NCBI GenBank assembly: GCA_035402765.1
Contig: DAONDX010000002.1
Location: forward strand, 65,173-129,172
From: Candidatus Omnitrophota bacterium
Lineage (GTDB): Bacteria > Omnitrophota > Gorgyraeia > Gygaellales > Profunditerraquicolaceae
Direction: 5' to 3'
DNA length: 64,000 nucleotides
The notes below the pieces were generated by a model that saw only the letters and a program-made list of their open reading frames with translations, did not search any database and had not been told where the DNA came from. This document shows positions 1 through 9,875 of the stretch, piece by piece; the first letter of the stretch is position 1, and the number at the start of each line of letters is the position of its first letter. The position numbers were made by a program, and so were the translations under genes.

Positions 1-321
1 AAAAGAAGCGATACTGCTACGGACATTGCGGATAACAATCGCCGGCCAATTTCTTTGCGTGAATATACTCACCCGGAACCTGCGGTTAAATTCCGCCAGG
101 TAGACGGCAAAATCCACATCCAGTTTGCTTCTGAAAGCCTCGCATTGTTTAGTATTGGCCAGCTGTTCCATAGCCAACATTACATCCTCAATGCTCAAAA
201 TCCTGGTATCCATCGGCAGGACCTTGCCATCGATACGCAAACGGGGTATGCCGCCGGCGCGGAAAAAAAGATCAGAGGCGTCTCTTTTAACCATTTCCTG
301 GATTAATTTTTTAATATCCAT
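1..321 (-). CDS. pilT: Twitching-motility ATPase PilT, N-terminal 107 codons; gene runs off the window start
   Basis: Manual minus-strand translation from ATG at 321 gives MDIKKLIQEMVKRDASDLFFRAGGIPRLRIDGKVLPMDTRILS...NRRFRVSIFTQRNWPAIVIRNV, the PilT/PilU N-terminal signature. GGAGG Shine-Dalgarno 8 nt upstream (revcomp of 326-335). No stop before position 1, so it is absent from the ORF track. Confidence 0.8.
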   Translation of the reverse strand, partial: MDIKKLIQEMVKRDASDLFFRAGGIPRLRIDGKVLPMDTRILSIEDVMLAMEQLANTKQCEAFRSKLDVDFAVYLAEFNRRFRVSIFTQRNWPAIVIRNVRSSIASF

Positions 322-388
322 GTTTTCCTCCAGCGAATAAATATTATAATCACGCTACCTGGAATAATTAATTTAAATGTGTTTTTAA

Positions 389-1882
389 TTATAACACTTT
401 ATTGCCTTTTAACGTAGGATTAAATTCCATGTATTTAGCCAGCATCAGCCGGGTTTGAGCGTCAAGCGCCGGAACCGAACCGATTACCAGGATGATGAAC
501 GGCACAAAGACCCATTCCAAAATCAAGAGTATGTGCTTAAACCAGCTGATCCCCTTAGGCCGGGGAGGCAAAATTGTCCAACTCAAAAAAATCCAAGTCA
601 AGCTGGTTAATAAAGTAAACTTGAACAATAAACCGGTAATCTTCGGCAAATTATAAGCAATGGCCATTTGGCTGAAAAAAGCCCCCCCGAACAGTATCGG
701 CAGAGGGCCGACCACCACCAAAATTACCGCCCAGACTGCCCAAGTGACATGACTTTCCAAAAGATGAAAAGATCTTCTCAATTTATTAAACAGGGAGATG
801 CTCTTATTCTTGAAAAAACCGTCTACCACAAAAGGGAAATTCTCCACTCCCCAGGCCCATCTTCTCTTCTGCTTATACTGCACAACCATCGTGCGCCAAA
901 TATTGCTGGAATAGGCCACATCCAAAGAAACCGTGACATATAACGGAATGACCCGGTAATCTCCATTATAATACAGATAACTTTTCCAATAAATCACCGA
1001 ATCATCTGAGATCATATTCGTCGGCCAATAATCAATTTCGACTAAAGTTTTAAAACTCATACTATGGCTGGAGAAAGTAACAAATTTTTCCAGCCGCATA
1101 CTTTCGATCATCTGGCAGAATGAACTGCTGATTTCGACCAGCCTGGCAAAAGAGGGGGCCTGCCAGATATTATTATTATAAACCGGCATCGGCTGATAAC
1201 TAGATTGATGCCTCTTCTGTGAAGTCAGGAAATGATAACTTAAGCAGCCAAAATATTCCCCGGCAACGCAGGTATCGGCGTCAAAACAAGAAACAACCAC
1301 CTGCTCATAAGCAATAAAACGGCTGTCCAGGAATCTCCTGGCGGCTTTGGCTGCCCAGGTAGCATTAGCCCCTTTAGTCCGGCTCTCTCCGGGCAGGCCA
1401 TCAGGGTGGAAGGTTGATAAATAAACGCCGAATTTATTCTTAAATTCTTCCTCTAAGATTGCGGCATTACCGCGCGCATGGGCGTTTCTTTCTTCAAAAG
1501 CCATCACCACAATAAATTTTTCCAGAGGATAATGGCTGGCGGCTAAAGCCGACAAGGACGGCCGTAAAACTTCCAGCCCTTCATTATAAACCGGAAAGAT
1601 AATTACCTGGTATAATTCCGAAAAACCCAATTCCGAAGGCAGGCTAAAACATTGTTTAAGCCAATCTTCATTTCTTTGCTGGAAAAGCCTTTGATGCGCC
1701 ATCACTAAAAGAGTAGTTAAATAGACCGTCCGGATAATCCAATAAAAATCAAAAGAAATAATAATTACCGCGCTGGATACCGGATGCAAAAAAGACAGCA
1801 GGATCAGTAAAATAATTATGCTCCAGGATAAGGCTCCGGGGATAATTTCAAGAATACGTTTTAAGAGCGGGGTTTTATTCAC
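389..1882 (-). CDS. Membrane-embedded family-2 glycosyltransferase, processive type (cellulose/chitin-synthase-like)
   Basis: 497 aa. Hydrophobic N- and C-terminal segments. DxD-like CFDADT and QxxRW motif (QYKQKRRWAWG) typical of processive GT2 synthases. Confidence 0.7.
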   Translation of the reverse strand: MNKTPLLKRILEIIPGALSWSIIILLILLSFLHPVSSAVIIISFDFYWIIRTVYLTTLLVMAHQRLFQQRNEDWLKQCFSLPSELGFSELYQVIIFPVYNEGLEVLRPSLSALAASHYPLEKFIVVMAFEERNAHARGNAAILEEEFKNKFGVYLSTFHPDGLPGESRTKGANATWAAKAARRFLDSRFIAYEQVVVSCFDADTCVAGEYFGCLSYHFLTSQKRHQSSYQPMPVYNNNIWQAPSFARLVEISSSFCQMIESMRLEKFVTFSSHSMSFKTLVEIDYWPTNMISDDSVIYWKSYLYYNGDYRVIPLYVTVSLDVAYSSNIWRTMVVQYKQKRRWAWGVENFPFVVDGFFKNKSISLFNKLRRSFHLLESHVTWAVWAVILVVVGPLPILFGGAFFSQMAIAYNLPKITGLLFKFTLLTSLTWIFLSWTILPPRPKGISWFKHILLILEWVFVPFIILVIGSVPALDAQTRLMLAKYMEFNPTLKGNKVL

Positions 1883-2846
1883 CGGGCTCCTCTTCTGGCT
1901 TAGAGTTAGCTGCCCCGAAAGGCTGGATCATTAATCTTTCTAGGGGATAAAGGTTGGTGCTCAACTCCAATTTATACAGATTATTATAGAAACTTCCCTC
2001 CGGGCTTCTCTGTCCATCGCTAAAATAAAGCCGGTCTTCTTTAGTATCATAAAAAGCAACCGCATCCCGGTTATTCAATTCCACCAGATTAATCGGCCAG
2101 GCGCCGGCGCGGGATTCAATTACCTGAACGTATTTATCCGTTAATACCACTAAATGGTAGCTATCCGAATGCCAGAAAACATTAATAATTCTGGCCTGCG
2201 GGTAATCCAGGAATACCGGGGAAGTAGGATATTCATAATCCATTTGATTATCAAAAAAAATTACGCTAATTTGATGCAGATTAAAAATAAAAAACTTCTT
2301 TTTATCCGGGGAAACTTCCCAGCCGCTAATTTGAGCGAACTTATCCGGAAGACTGGCGATGTCTTCAAAGTTACCGGCGTCTAAATTCGACCGGTACAGG
2401 ATTTTTTTATCTTGATCCAAATAATAGGCTATTTTCTTTTCCGCATCGATACGAAAAGAAGAAAATTTTTCCTGGTTTAACTGCACTAGATGCGGCCGCT
2501 CCGGAAAAAGGATCACCTTGTCTACCCGGCTGACCTTACCGGCTCCCACCTCCACCTCCGCTTTCCAGGGATAGTGCTGCGCTAATTCCAAAACCACTTT
2601 ATAAACCCCGGGGAGCAGCTCTTGCATGCTGGCCGGGCTTTTTTCCGGAACCAGCTTTCCGTTAAGATAAATTTTAGCACCGGCCGGCTGGGTTTTTATA
2701 AAAATTATCCCGGTCTTTTCGAATTTTAAAGTATTGCGGTTAAATTTATAACCTAAAGCAAAAGAAAGGATAAAAGGCAGCCCGATAAAAAATAGCAGCA
2801 GGCTTAAGCTGAATAACAGGCTTCTTATCTTTTGGAATCCATGCAT
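1875..2846 (-). CDS. PEGA-domain protein with N-terminal TM/signal anchor
   Basis: 323 aa. N-terminal hydrophobic stretch. PEGA-like segment TQPAGAKIYLNGKLVPEKSP...GVYKVVLE. 8-bp overlap with the upstream GT2 gene suggests co-transcription. Confidence 0.55.
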   Translation of the reverse strand: MHGFQKIRSLLFSLSLLLFFIGLPFILSFALGYKFNRNTLKFEKTGIIFIKTQPAGAKIYLNGKLVPEKSPASMQELLPGVYKVVLELAQHYPWKAEVEVGAGKVSRVDKVILFPERPHLVQLNQEKFSSFRIDAEKKIAYYLDQDKKILYRSNLDAGNFEDIASLPDKFAQISGWEVSPDKKKFFIFNLHQISVIFFDNQMDYEYPTSPVFLDYPQARIINVFWHSDSYHLVVLTDKYVQVIESRAGAWPINLVELNNRDAVAFYDTKEDRLYFSDGQRSPEGSFYNNLYKLELSTNLYPLERLMIQPFGAANSKPEEEPGE

Positions 2847-3103
2847 TTTTTTAATTCCTTTTCCAATTTCAATAAAAATAACTTGCGTTTAACCCCGAAA
2901 ACATACCCCCCGGGTTTCCGGTTGTTATTGATCACCCGGTGGCAGGGAATAATTAAAGGATACGGATTGCGTTTTAAGATTTGCCCGACCGCCCGGGCGG
3001 CCCCGGGAGAACCGGCTCGCCGGGCTACCCATTTATAACTCCGCACCTCTCCCCAGGGGATAGTTAAAACCGCCCGGTAAACTTTAGCCGTGAATTCTCT
3101 CAT
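2825..3103 (-). CDS. Mini methylated-DNA-protein-cysteine methyltransferase (MGMT/Ogt DNA-binding methyl-acceptor domain only)
   Basis: 92 aa with PCHRV active-site motif (IIPCHRVINN) and the preceding WGEV..Y..VA helix-turn-helix region. 4-bp overlap with the uvrC-like stop. Confidence 0.7.
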   Translation of the reverse strand: MREFTAKVYRAVLTIPWGEVRSYKWVARRAGSPGAARAVGQILKRNPYPLIIPCHRVINNNRKPGGYVFGVKRKLFLLKLEKELKKCMDSKR

Positions 3104-4377
3104 CCGGGAATGAACGCTTTCTTACGCAACAGGTGATGATAACCCAAAGCAAACCTATGAGCCTCATCGCGGATGCGGCGAATCAAATTTAAAGCCGTCT
3201 TCTTTCTAAGTAAAACCGCAGAATGAACACCGGGTTGCACACTGTAAATATTTTCTTTTTCCTTAGCGATACTCACCAGCGGAATATGTAAATTTAAGGC
3301 TTCCAGCTCCTGCGCCGCCGTTAAAATATGCCCTCTGCCTCCATCAATCAGCAATAGATCCGGCAAGGCTTTCTGCTCTGCTAATAGTCGAGTATAGCGC
3401 CGGCGCACCACCTCAGCAAGCATTTTGTAATCATCGATCCCGGAGAAACTTTTTATGCGGAACCGGCGGTAATTATTCTTATCCGGCTGGCCGTTATAAA
3501 AGCTGACCATCGACCCGACCGCCTGTTTACCCGCCAGGTTAGAGATATCAAACCCTTCGATTCTGACCGGCAGTGTTTTTAAATTTAAACTCGCCTTAAG
3601 CAGCTCTAACTCATTTTTATAATTAGCCTGATCCGGGGGGCCGGACATTTTAGACAAAATATTAATTTGATCGCGGATTCTGGCTGCCGCTTCAAAATCA
3701 CCGGCGGCGGATTTTTCCTGCATGGATCTGGCCAGCTTGCGCATCAACAAATCCTGCTTGCCTTCTAAAATTAAAATAACATTATCGATAATCTGCCGGT
3801 AGTCATGGCTGTTGATGCGGCCGATACAAGGCGCCGGGCAAAGGTTGATCTTATGGTAAATACAGCTTTGTTTGGGCAGGCGCAGACATGAGCGGTAAGG
3901 AAAATAGCGGCGGATAATGACCAGGGCATTTTTCAAAAGTTTGCTGTTGGTGTAAGGACCCAGGTATTTGGCGCCGGGGCGGTTTTTCTTACGCGTTATT
4001 TGAATTACAGGAAATTCTTCCTGCCAGATACTGACTAAAGGATAGCTCTTATCATCTTTGAGAGAAATATTATATTGGGGGTTAAACTCATGGATAAGCT
4101 TAAACTCCAGCAATAAAGCCATCGCCTCATTAGGAGCCAGCCTGAATTCCACATCCGCCACCTTGGCCATCAAGGCTTGAGTTTTACTGGGCAAGTCGGG
4201 CCCCAGATAATTAAGCAGGCGCTTCTTTAATGAATTAGCTTTGCCGACATAAAGCACCCGGCGCAGGGAATCGCGCATTAAATAAACACCCGGCGCCTCT
4301 GGAAAAGATAAGATTTTTTTTCTTAATTCCGGCAGTTGTTCCATAGGGATGGTTTTGCATTTCTCCGACCTAACCAT
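3100..4377 (-). CDS. uvrC: UvrC-like excinuclease: GIY-YIG plus UvrC endonuclease core, no C-terminal (HhH)2 domain
   Basis: 425 aa. GIY-YIG block GVYLMRDSLRRVLYVGKANSLKKRLLNYL. Central UvrC-family region and DEAHRFA near the C-terminus, then stop. The real start may be the internal MEQLPELRKK. Confidence 0.7.
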   Translation of the reverse strand: MVRSEKCKTIPMEQLPELRKKILSFPEAPGVYLMRDSLRRVLYVGKANSLKKRLLNYLGPDLPSKTQALMAKVADVEFRLAPNEAMALLLEFKLIHEFNPQYNISLKDDKSYPLVSIWQEEFPVIQITRKKNRPGAKYLGPYTNSKLLKNALVIIRRYFPYRSCLRLPKQSCIYHKINLCPAPCIGRINSHDYRQIIDNVILILEGKQDLLMRKLARSMQEKSAAGDFEAAARIRDQINILSKMSGPPDQANYKNELELLKASLNLKTLPVRIEGFDISNLAGKQAVGSMVSFYNGQPDKNNYRRFRIKSFSGIDDYKMLAEVVRRRYTRLLAEQKALPDLLLIDGGRGHILTAAQELEALNLHIPLVSIAKEKENIYSVQPGVHSAVLLRKKTALNLIRRIRDEAHRFALGYHHLLRKKAFIPG

Positions 4378-5897
4378 TGTAAAAGCTCCGTAAGCTCGGT
4401 TACCCTAAAAACGAAAGAAAAGAAAATATAGGCGATGGCGGCACAAAACAGCGCCCAGACAAAATTTAGCGCCTGATTCACTAAGTAGCATACCGCCGAC
4501 ATGCATAAAGTAACCGCCAGAATACGTAAAAACGACTTTAATACTTTACGCTCGTAAAAACCGCCTAAACGGCAACGCAAAATAAAAAATAAACAGAAAA
4601 AGGAAACGATACCGGAAATTGAAGTAGCTAAAGCCAGGCCGCCGATTTTAAGCGGGAACATTAACAAAGCATTCAGAATAACATTCATCAGCAAAGCCAA
4701 ACCGGCTATTTTAGTAGGAGTGACCGTATCTTTAAGGGCAAAAAAACAGGATTGTAAAATTTTGCTGCCTCCGTAAGCCGTCAGGCCGATGCTGTAAAAA
4801 AATAAAGCATCGGCGGTTAATAAACTGGAATGGGAATCAAATTTACCGCCGCCAAAAAGGGCAGACACTAGAGGATAGGCCAGGAGCATAAACAGCGCAG
4901 TAGTCGGCAACATCACAAAATTTACGATACGCAAACCCCAGCACAGTGTATTTTTAAGGTTTTCCTGGTTTGCTTCAAATACCTGAGTAGAAAAAGTAGG
5001 CAAAATAGCCTGCGCGATAGCATTACTAAAAATACCGATCGGGAATTGGATAAGCCGGTAAGCAAAATAAAGTACCGCTACCCCGCCCTCCCCCACGATC
5101 GCCGCCAGCGAACCAAAAATAGAATCGAAAAAATTGTTCAGCTGGTAAATACTAGAACTGAGTATGCGGGGTAAAATTAAATTCTTAATCTGGATCACCC
5201 CGGGATGTTTAAAAACCAAAGAAAATTTCGGCCGAAACCCTTTTTTATATAAAACCGGCACTTGTACCGCTAATTGCGAGAGCCCTCCCAGCAAAACCCC
5301 GGCGGCCAGGCCGGTAGTTCCCTCCCCCAAAAGAACGGCGCAGACAATTATTGCAATATTTAAAAAACAGGGTGCAAAAGCTGAAATCGCGAAATTTTTG
5401 AGTGAATTGAGCACCGCCATAGCGTAAGCCGCCAGCCCGATTAGCAGGATATAAGGGAAAATAATCCGGTTTAAATTAATCGTTGCTTGTAATTTCTCCG
5501 GGGAGGCGATAAAACCGGGAGCAATCATGCGCACGATCAAGGGGGAAAGAATAATCCCCAATAACGTAATCAGGCTTAAAATCACCGCCAATAGATTAAG
5601 CAGGATATTGGCCAATTCCCAGAATTCTTCTTTAGAACGCTTGAGATTATATTCGCTTAAAACCGGCACAATTGCCGCATTGGAGGCGCCTTCTCCCACT
5701 AAATCGCGGAAAAGATTAGGAATACGGAAAGCAATCACAAAAGCCTGGGCATAAATATAAACTCCAAATAAGCGGGCAATAATTACATCCCTGACAAAAC
5801 CCAGGATGCGCGAGGTAAGCGTAGCCAGGCTGATAATGGAAGCCGAGCGGGCAACCGCCTGATTGTGGTTGGCAAAAGGATATTTGTTTATTGACAT
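4323..5897 (-). CDS. murJ: Lipid II flippase MurJ (MviN)
   Basis: 524 aa polytopic membrane protein. N-terminus LTSRILGFVRDVIIARLFG and overall MurJ/MOP-superfamily pattern. Confidence 0.85.
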   Translation of the reverse strand: MSINKYPFANHNQAVARSASIISLATLTSRILGFVRDVIIARLFGVYIYAQAFVIAFRIPNLFRDLVGEGASNAAIVPVLSEYNLKRSKEEFWELANILLNLLAVILSLITLLGIILSPLIVRMIAPGFIASPEKLQATINLNRIIFPYILLIGLAAYAMAVLNSLKNFAISAFAPCFLNIAIIVCAVLLGEGTTGLAAGVLLGGLSQLAVQVPVLYKKGFRPKFSLVFKHPGVIQIKNLILPRILSSSIYQLNNFFDSIFGSLAAIVGEGGVAVLYFAYRLIQFPIGIFSNAIAQAILPTFSTQVFEANQENLKNTLCWGLRIVNFVMLPTTALFMLLAYPLVSALFGGGKFDSHSSLLTADALFFYSIGLTAYGGSKILQSCFFALKDTVTPTKIAGLALLMNVILNALLMFPLKIGGLALATSISGIVSFFCLFFILRCRLGGFYERKVLKSFLRILAVTLCMSAVCYLVNQALNFVWALFCAAIAYIFFSFVFRVTELTELLQWLGRRNAKPSLWNNCRN

Positions 5898-5998
5898 AGG
5901 GGGTTAATTATGCTAATAATATTAACTCATAAAGCTAACATAACAGCCGGCGCTTATTTGAATTGCGCCGGTGTCGTTTACGTAAACCAGGAGAATAA

Positions 5999-6262
5999 AT
6001 GCCTAGACGCAGAACATCATTAAAAAGTAACCGAGTAAGCAAGAGAAAACATACCCGCAATCTTAAAGTCAAAGGTCAACTTAAAAAAGCAATCAAGAAA
6101 TTCCAGGAATTACTGGCTAAAAAAGATACCGCGGAAGCCAAAACCTTCATTTCCAAGGTTTTTTCTCAGTTGGATAAAGCCGCTAAAAAGAATATCATCC
6201 ACCCGGCTACCGCCAACCGCCGCAAATCGCGCTTGATGCGGCGCTTAAGCAAAACCGCATAA
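5999..6262 (+). CDS. rpsT: 30S ribosomal protein S20
   Basis: 87 aa, very basic. C-terminal KNIIHPATANRRKSRLMRRL matches the S20 signature. Followed by an intrinsic terminator. Confidence 0.85.
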   Translation: MPRRRTSLKSNRVSKRKHTRNLKVKGQLKKAIKKFQELLAKKDTAEAKTFISKVFSQLDKAAKKNIIHPATANRRKSRLMRRLSKTA

Positions 6263-6910
6263 ACTTATCACTAATTTTTCCAAAGCAAAGGCAGGCTTCA
6301 GCCTGCCTGTTTTTATTTCCAGATCCGCCCCTAAAAGCAGCTTCAATTTCCTTCTGGCAGTTACGCTCTGAATATCCTGTTTTTCCCAGGCATAACGCAA
6401 ACCGCCAAGAATGCGCTCAGGAGGCTCTCCGTTTTTAAGCAGCTGGTCCAAGATACGCAAAGCCGGGCCGGCTTGCTTCAACTCAATTTGCCGGTTCAAA
6501 GTAAAAGTGTCGATCTTGGCGGTTTCCTTAAAACGCAATAAATGCGCCTGCGCACTCAAAGCCTTGATAAATTCATCCTTATAATCATATTGATCTAGAT
6601 CTAAAACCAGGACTAATTGTTTTTGCGGTTTTTTCGCAAAAGCCAGCAAGAAATCCCGGCAGGGCTGATCTAACAAATGCGCCTCTTTGATTACAATGAT
6701 TCTTCTGGCGCTTTTAAGCGGCAGAGAGAGAAACCGTTCTTGGATGTCTTTTAAAATTATTTCCTTGGCGTATAATGTATCCAGGTTGAAATCCTGCAGT
6801 TGTGAAGGGAGAAATTCCTGCTTTATTTTCTTGAGCTGAATTTCTTTGGCCGTGATATCCTGGCCGATAAGTAGATAAACCATATTACCATTGCTCAACT
6901 GTACGTTCAA
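6245..6910 (-). CDS. holA: DNA polymerase III delta subunit (HolA)-like, compact
   Basis: 221 aa. N-terminal HolA-like pattern (VYLLIGQD...RRIIVIKEAHLL). Conserved leuS-lptE-holA neighbourhood. Shorter than canonical HolA (~330 aa). Confidence 0.5.
   Translation of the reverse strand: MNVQLSNGNMVYLLIGQDITAKEIQLKKIKQEFLPSQLQDFNLDTLYAKEIILKDIQERFLSLPLKSARRIIVIKEAHLLDQPCRDFLLAFAKKPQKQLVLVLDLDQYDYKDEFIKALSAQAHLLRFKETAKIDTFTLNRQIELKQAGPALRILDQLLKNGEPPERILGGLRYAWEKQDIQSVTARRKLKLLLGADLEIKTGRLKPAFALEKLVISLCGFA
6287..6315. terminator. Bidirectional rho-independent terminator between convergent rpsT (+) and holA-like (-)
   Basis: Hairpin aaaGGCAGGCttcaGCCTGCCtgttttta: GC stem, then T-run on + strand and A-run on the other. 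Confidence 0.6.
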
Positions 6911-7526
6911 CGATCCGCCGAGCTAAATCTTCAATGGCGTTATTTACCGCGGTAGCCTCAGAGACCCTGACGCTAGCTTGGTTAAGATTCTCACTGGTAA
7001 AATAAGAATAATTTCCGTTAAAATTATTCTCCTGCCAAAGCAGCTTATTCTCTTTAGTATCCCAAAGGCTTAAATTTACATAAATATTTATGCGATATTC
7101 GGTCACATTATCAGTATCATTAGTGTAACTTAACGGATCTTTACGGTATTCGATCAATTCACCCTTAAGCACTAAATCCGCGGTGGGTTCTTTGGCGGGT
7201 TTTAGATTGCCGTCAAAAAGATAACGGTTGACTACCTTTTTAGTAATATCTGTTTCCAGCATCGGCCGGTAGATGCGGTATTTATTCGCAGAAAATGATT
7301 CTTCCGCGATATCCACTTTATTCAGGAAAGGCGTAATGTAAATCGTATTATATTTACCATAAAGCATCGAGCGGGTGGTATAACCGCATCCGGTTAAACC
7401 GGCAGTCAGCAGGAAACCCGCGGCAAACAGGAATAAAAATAAGCTAATTCTTTTTTTCATTTTTCTGCTCCATAATCTGTAATTTGGCCGCGGCCTTCGC
7501 CGCCCAGGGGCTTTGCGTATACTCAT
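6885..7526 (-). CDS. LptE-like outer-membrane lipoprotein
   Basis: 213 aa. Lipobox LTGCGY after a signal peptide. Position between holA and the leuS side mirrors enterobacterial leuS-lptE-holA synteny. Confidence 0.45.
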   Translation of the reverse strand: MSIRKAPGRRRPRPNYRLWSRKMKKRISLFLFLFAAGFLLTAGLTGCGYTTRSMLYGKYNTIYITPFLNKVDIAEESFSANKYRIYRPMLETDITKKVVNRYLFDGNLKPAKEPTADLVLKGELIEYRKDPLSYTNDTDNVTEYRINIYVNLSLWDTKENKLLWQENNFNGNYSYFTSENLNQASVRVSEATAVNNAIEDLARRIVERTVEQW

Positions 7527-8397
7527 TAATTATATTATTATAATAAATTTTGGCTGAATCAAAAGCTTTTTGTTTTTCATAAAAAACCGCGATATTGTAG
7601 CTGGCCTCAGCTTCTTTTTCCCGGATTTGGCTGATATTTTTTTCCGCGTCTAAAGAAAGCACGGCATCCGGATGTTCTTTAACAAAAGCCTCAAACTTCT
7701 CCTTAGCTTCCTGCGCAGATCCCTGGTCATAAGCAAAACCTTTGGATAAATTTGCCCGGCAGGAAGCGATCTGGAATTTAGCTGCCGCTGACCATTCGCT
7801 ATCCGGATAGCGGGAAACCACCTTATTAAACTCCTCCTCCGCTTCGTAATAACGCATTAACCCTTTTAAAACCAGGCCTAGTTTATACTGCGCTTTGGGA
7901 GCCAGAGGCCCGTAAGTAGAATTTTCTACCACCTTGCCGAAAATCTCGATCGCCGGGTTCTCCACCGGTAAAGTTACCCCCAAGGTTTTTCGTTTCTCTC
8001 CGGACATAAACCTCTCGGCAATTTTATATTCCAATTCGATGATCTCCTGGATACGTTCGCTAAAGGGATATTTATCAACCACCATCTGATAAGCCTGATA
8101 GGCCTCGTATAGTTTGCCTTGTTTTTCTTCAGTTAAGCCCAAATAATACTGGCTTTCAGCTGCCTCGGCAGATTTAGGAAAAGCTTTAAGCAGCTTACGC
8201 AACTCCCGCTTGGCCTCTTCATATTGATTATTGTCAAAAAAAGATTTGGCGTAGGCAAACTGCTCCTTGGGATTATCCTTGGGCAGGTTTTTAGGATTAA
8301 CCCACTTGCCGCTTTTAGGAGTCCAGATCCAATAAGCCTGAGCCGGTTGAATAGCTAAAAAAGAAATTATTAACAAACTTAAGATTATGCGTTTCAT
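7444..8397 (-). CDS. TPR-repeat secreted/lipoprotein (BamD/YbgF-like)
   Basis: 317 aa. Signal peptide. Repeated TPR-like A-x-Y-x-L-G helices. Confidence 0.45.
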   Translation of the reverse strand: MKRIILSLLIISFLAIQPAQAYWIWTPKSGKWVNPKNLPKDNPKEQFAYAKSFFDNNQYEEAKRELRKLLKAFPKSAEAAESQYYLGLTEEKQGKLYEAYQAYQMVVDKYPFSERIQEIIELEYKIAERFMSGEKRKTLGVTLPVENPAIEIFGKVVENSTYGPLAPKAQYKLGLVLKGLMRYYEAEEEFNKVVSRYPDSEWSAAAKFQIASCRANLSKGFAYDQGSAQEAKEKFEAFVKEHPDAVLSLDAEKNISQIREKEAEASYNIAVFYEKQKAFDSAKIYYNNIINEYTQSPWAAKAAAKLQIMEQKNEKKN

Positions 8398-8459
8398 AAT
8401 ATTATGAATTTACCATAGCCGGGTGGCTTTGTCAAAGATAAATTGGGCGCTTTTCTCCG

Positions 8460-9875
8460 CTAGAAATAAATATAAGCCAGCGGAAGCTTGACTAAGGCCT
8501 GATTTATATTTAAAAGCAGATTGATCAACACGCTGGTGGGCTGGCTAAAGAAATAAGCTAAATCCGGATAAAGCAATCCCGATAAAACCAGGGTAAACCC
8601 GCATAAAGTAATCAAGGTAGCCAGCGGGACAATGATCATATTAGCTAAAACCGTAACCGGAGCGATGATGCGGAAATTTAAAGCGATAATTAATACCGTG
8701 CCTAGCCAGGCGGAGAAGGAAACTAAACAGCCTGCAATGATAAATTTTAATACCTTGATTCTACAATTCTTCAGGCAGATGAGAGCCTCAAACTTAGGGT
8801 AAAAATATACAATCGCCAATACGCTGATAAAAGAAAGCTGAAAACCGATATCAAAAAGCTGAAGCGGATCAAAGGCCAGGATAAATAATGCCGCAGCCAT
8901 CAGGGAATTATAGATATCCGGATCCCTTTTTAAAAAATATGCCGATAAAAAGATTATCCCCATAACCGTCGCGCGGATCACCGGGTTAGTTGCTCCGGTA
9001 ACTAAACAATAAACCAGAAGGCAGGAGGCGGTCAAAATAAAACGCAGCTTACGCCGGAGGCGCAGGATTTTGAGTAATAGATCGGCGATGAAAGCCACAA
9101 TCCCTACATTAAAGCCGCTCACTACCAAAATATGTACCGTGCCGGATTTAACCATATTTTCGTTTACCAGCCGGGGGAGGTTGCGTTTTTGGCCCAAAAC
9201 CATCGCCGAGAGTATGCTCGCCGGCAGCGGAGGAAGATACCGGCTGATGATCTGCTCCAGATGAACACGCAACCGGAAACAATTCCGGATCAAGGCGCTC
9301 CCGCTTGCGCCGCTCCGCAGAATAATCTGCCGGGAATCCTTAACCGGCATGATTAAATAAATGCCTTTGCGGGCTAAAAAATCCCGGTAACTGCGGCTGG
9401 AACTATTAAACCCAGGCAGGCGTTTTAAACTGCCGGTCAGCGTTAAATTATCTCCGTAATTTAGCGCTTGTTCAAAATCCATTTTAATCAACAGCTTGCC
9501 GCAGCAGTTGTATTTTAACTTATCGGCCTGGACTTCCTGAGTTTGCAGAGTAAACCATTGCTGGCCATTTTTAAGCTCCGGCATACTGGCGATAAAACCG
9601 CTGACCCGGTAAACCGGATTATTTTTATAAATCATGAAGTTACGAATATGGCATTTGGATAATCTGGCGGAATTGGCCAGGTTCAGGCATCCGCTAAGCA
9701 ATGCTAAAAATAATATTAAAATCAGAGAGAGATATTTATTCCGAAAAACCAGGCCGGCCCAGACCAAAACGGCAATCGCCGCTCCTAAAATTAACCAAAA
9801 GTTCAGGCGGAAGAAACCGTTTAAAATAATGCCTAAACCGTAGCATACCGCCAGGCCCGTTAATAATCTTTTCAT
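8460..9875 (-). CDS. comEC: ComEC/Rec2 competence channel (DUF4131 + competence domain, no metallo-beta-lactamase domain)
   Basis: 471 aa polytopic. Central Competence-domain pattern (HILVVSGFNVG...). 4-bp overlap with comEA. Confidence 0.7.
   Translation of the reverse strand: MKRLLTGLAVCYGLGIILNGFFRLNFWLILGAAIAVLVWAGLVFRNKYLSLILILFLALLSGCLNLANSARLSKCHIRNFMIYKNNPVYRVSGFIASMPELKNGQQWFTLQTQEVQADKLKYNCCGKLLIKMDFEQALNYGDNLTLTGSLKRLPGFNSSSRSYRDFLARKGIYLIMPVKDSRQIILRSGASGSALIRNCFRLRVHLEQIISRYLPPLPASILSAMVLGQKRNLPRLVNENMVKSGTVHILVVSGFNVGIVAFIADLLLKILRLRRKLRFILTASCLLVYCLVTGATNPVIRATVMGIIFLSAYFLKRDPDIYNSLMAAALFILAFDPLQLFDIGFQLSFISVLAIVYFYPKFEALICLKNCRIKVLKFIIAGCLVSFSAWLGTVLIIALNFRIIAPVTVLANMIIVPLATLITLCGFTLVLSGLLYPDLAYFFSQPTSVLINLLLNINQALVKLPLAYIYF

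Noticed and set aside
668-943. Numerous short + strand ORFs (60-145 aa) nested inside long minus-strand genes (e.g. 668-943, 5164-5427, 9070-9356, 18266-18637, 49180-49617, 53865-54224)
   Set aside because: They lie antisense within well-supported conserved genes and have low-complexity or biased composition with no motifs. They are classic shadow ORFs.
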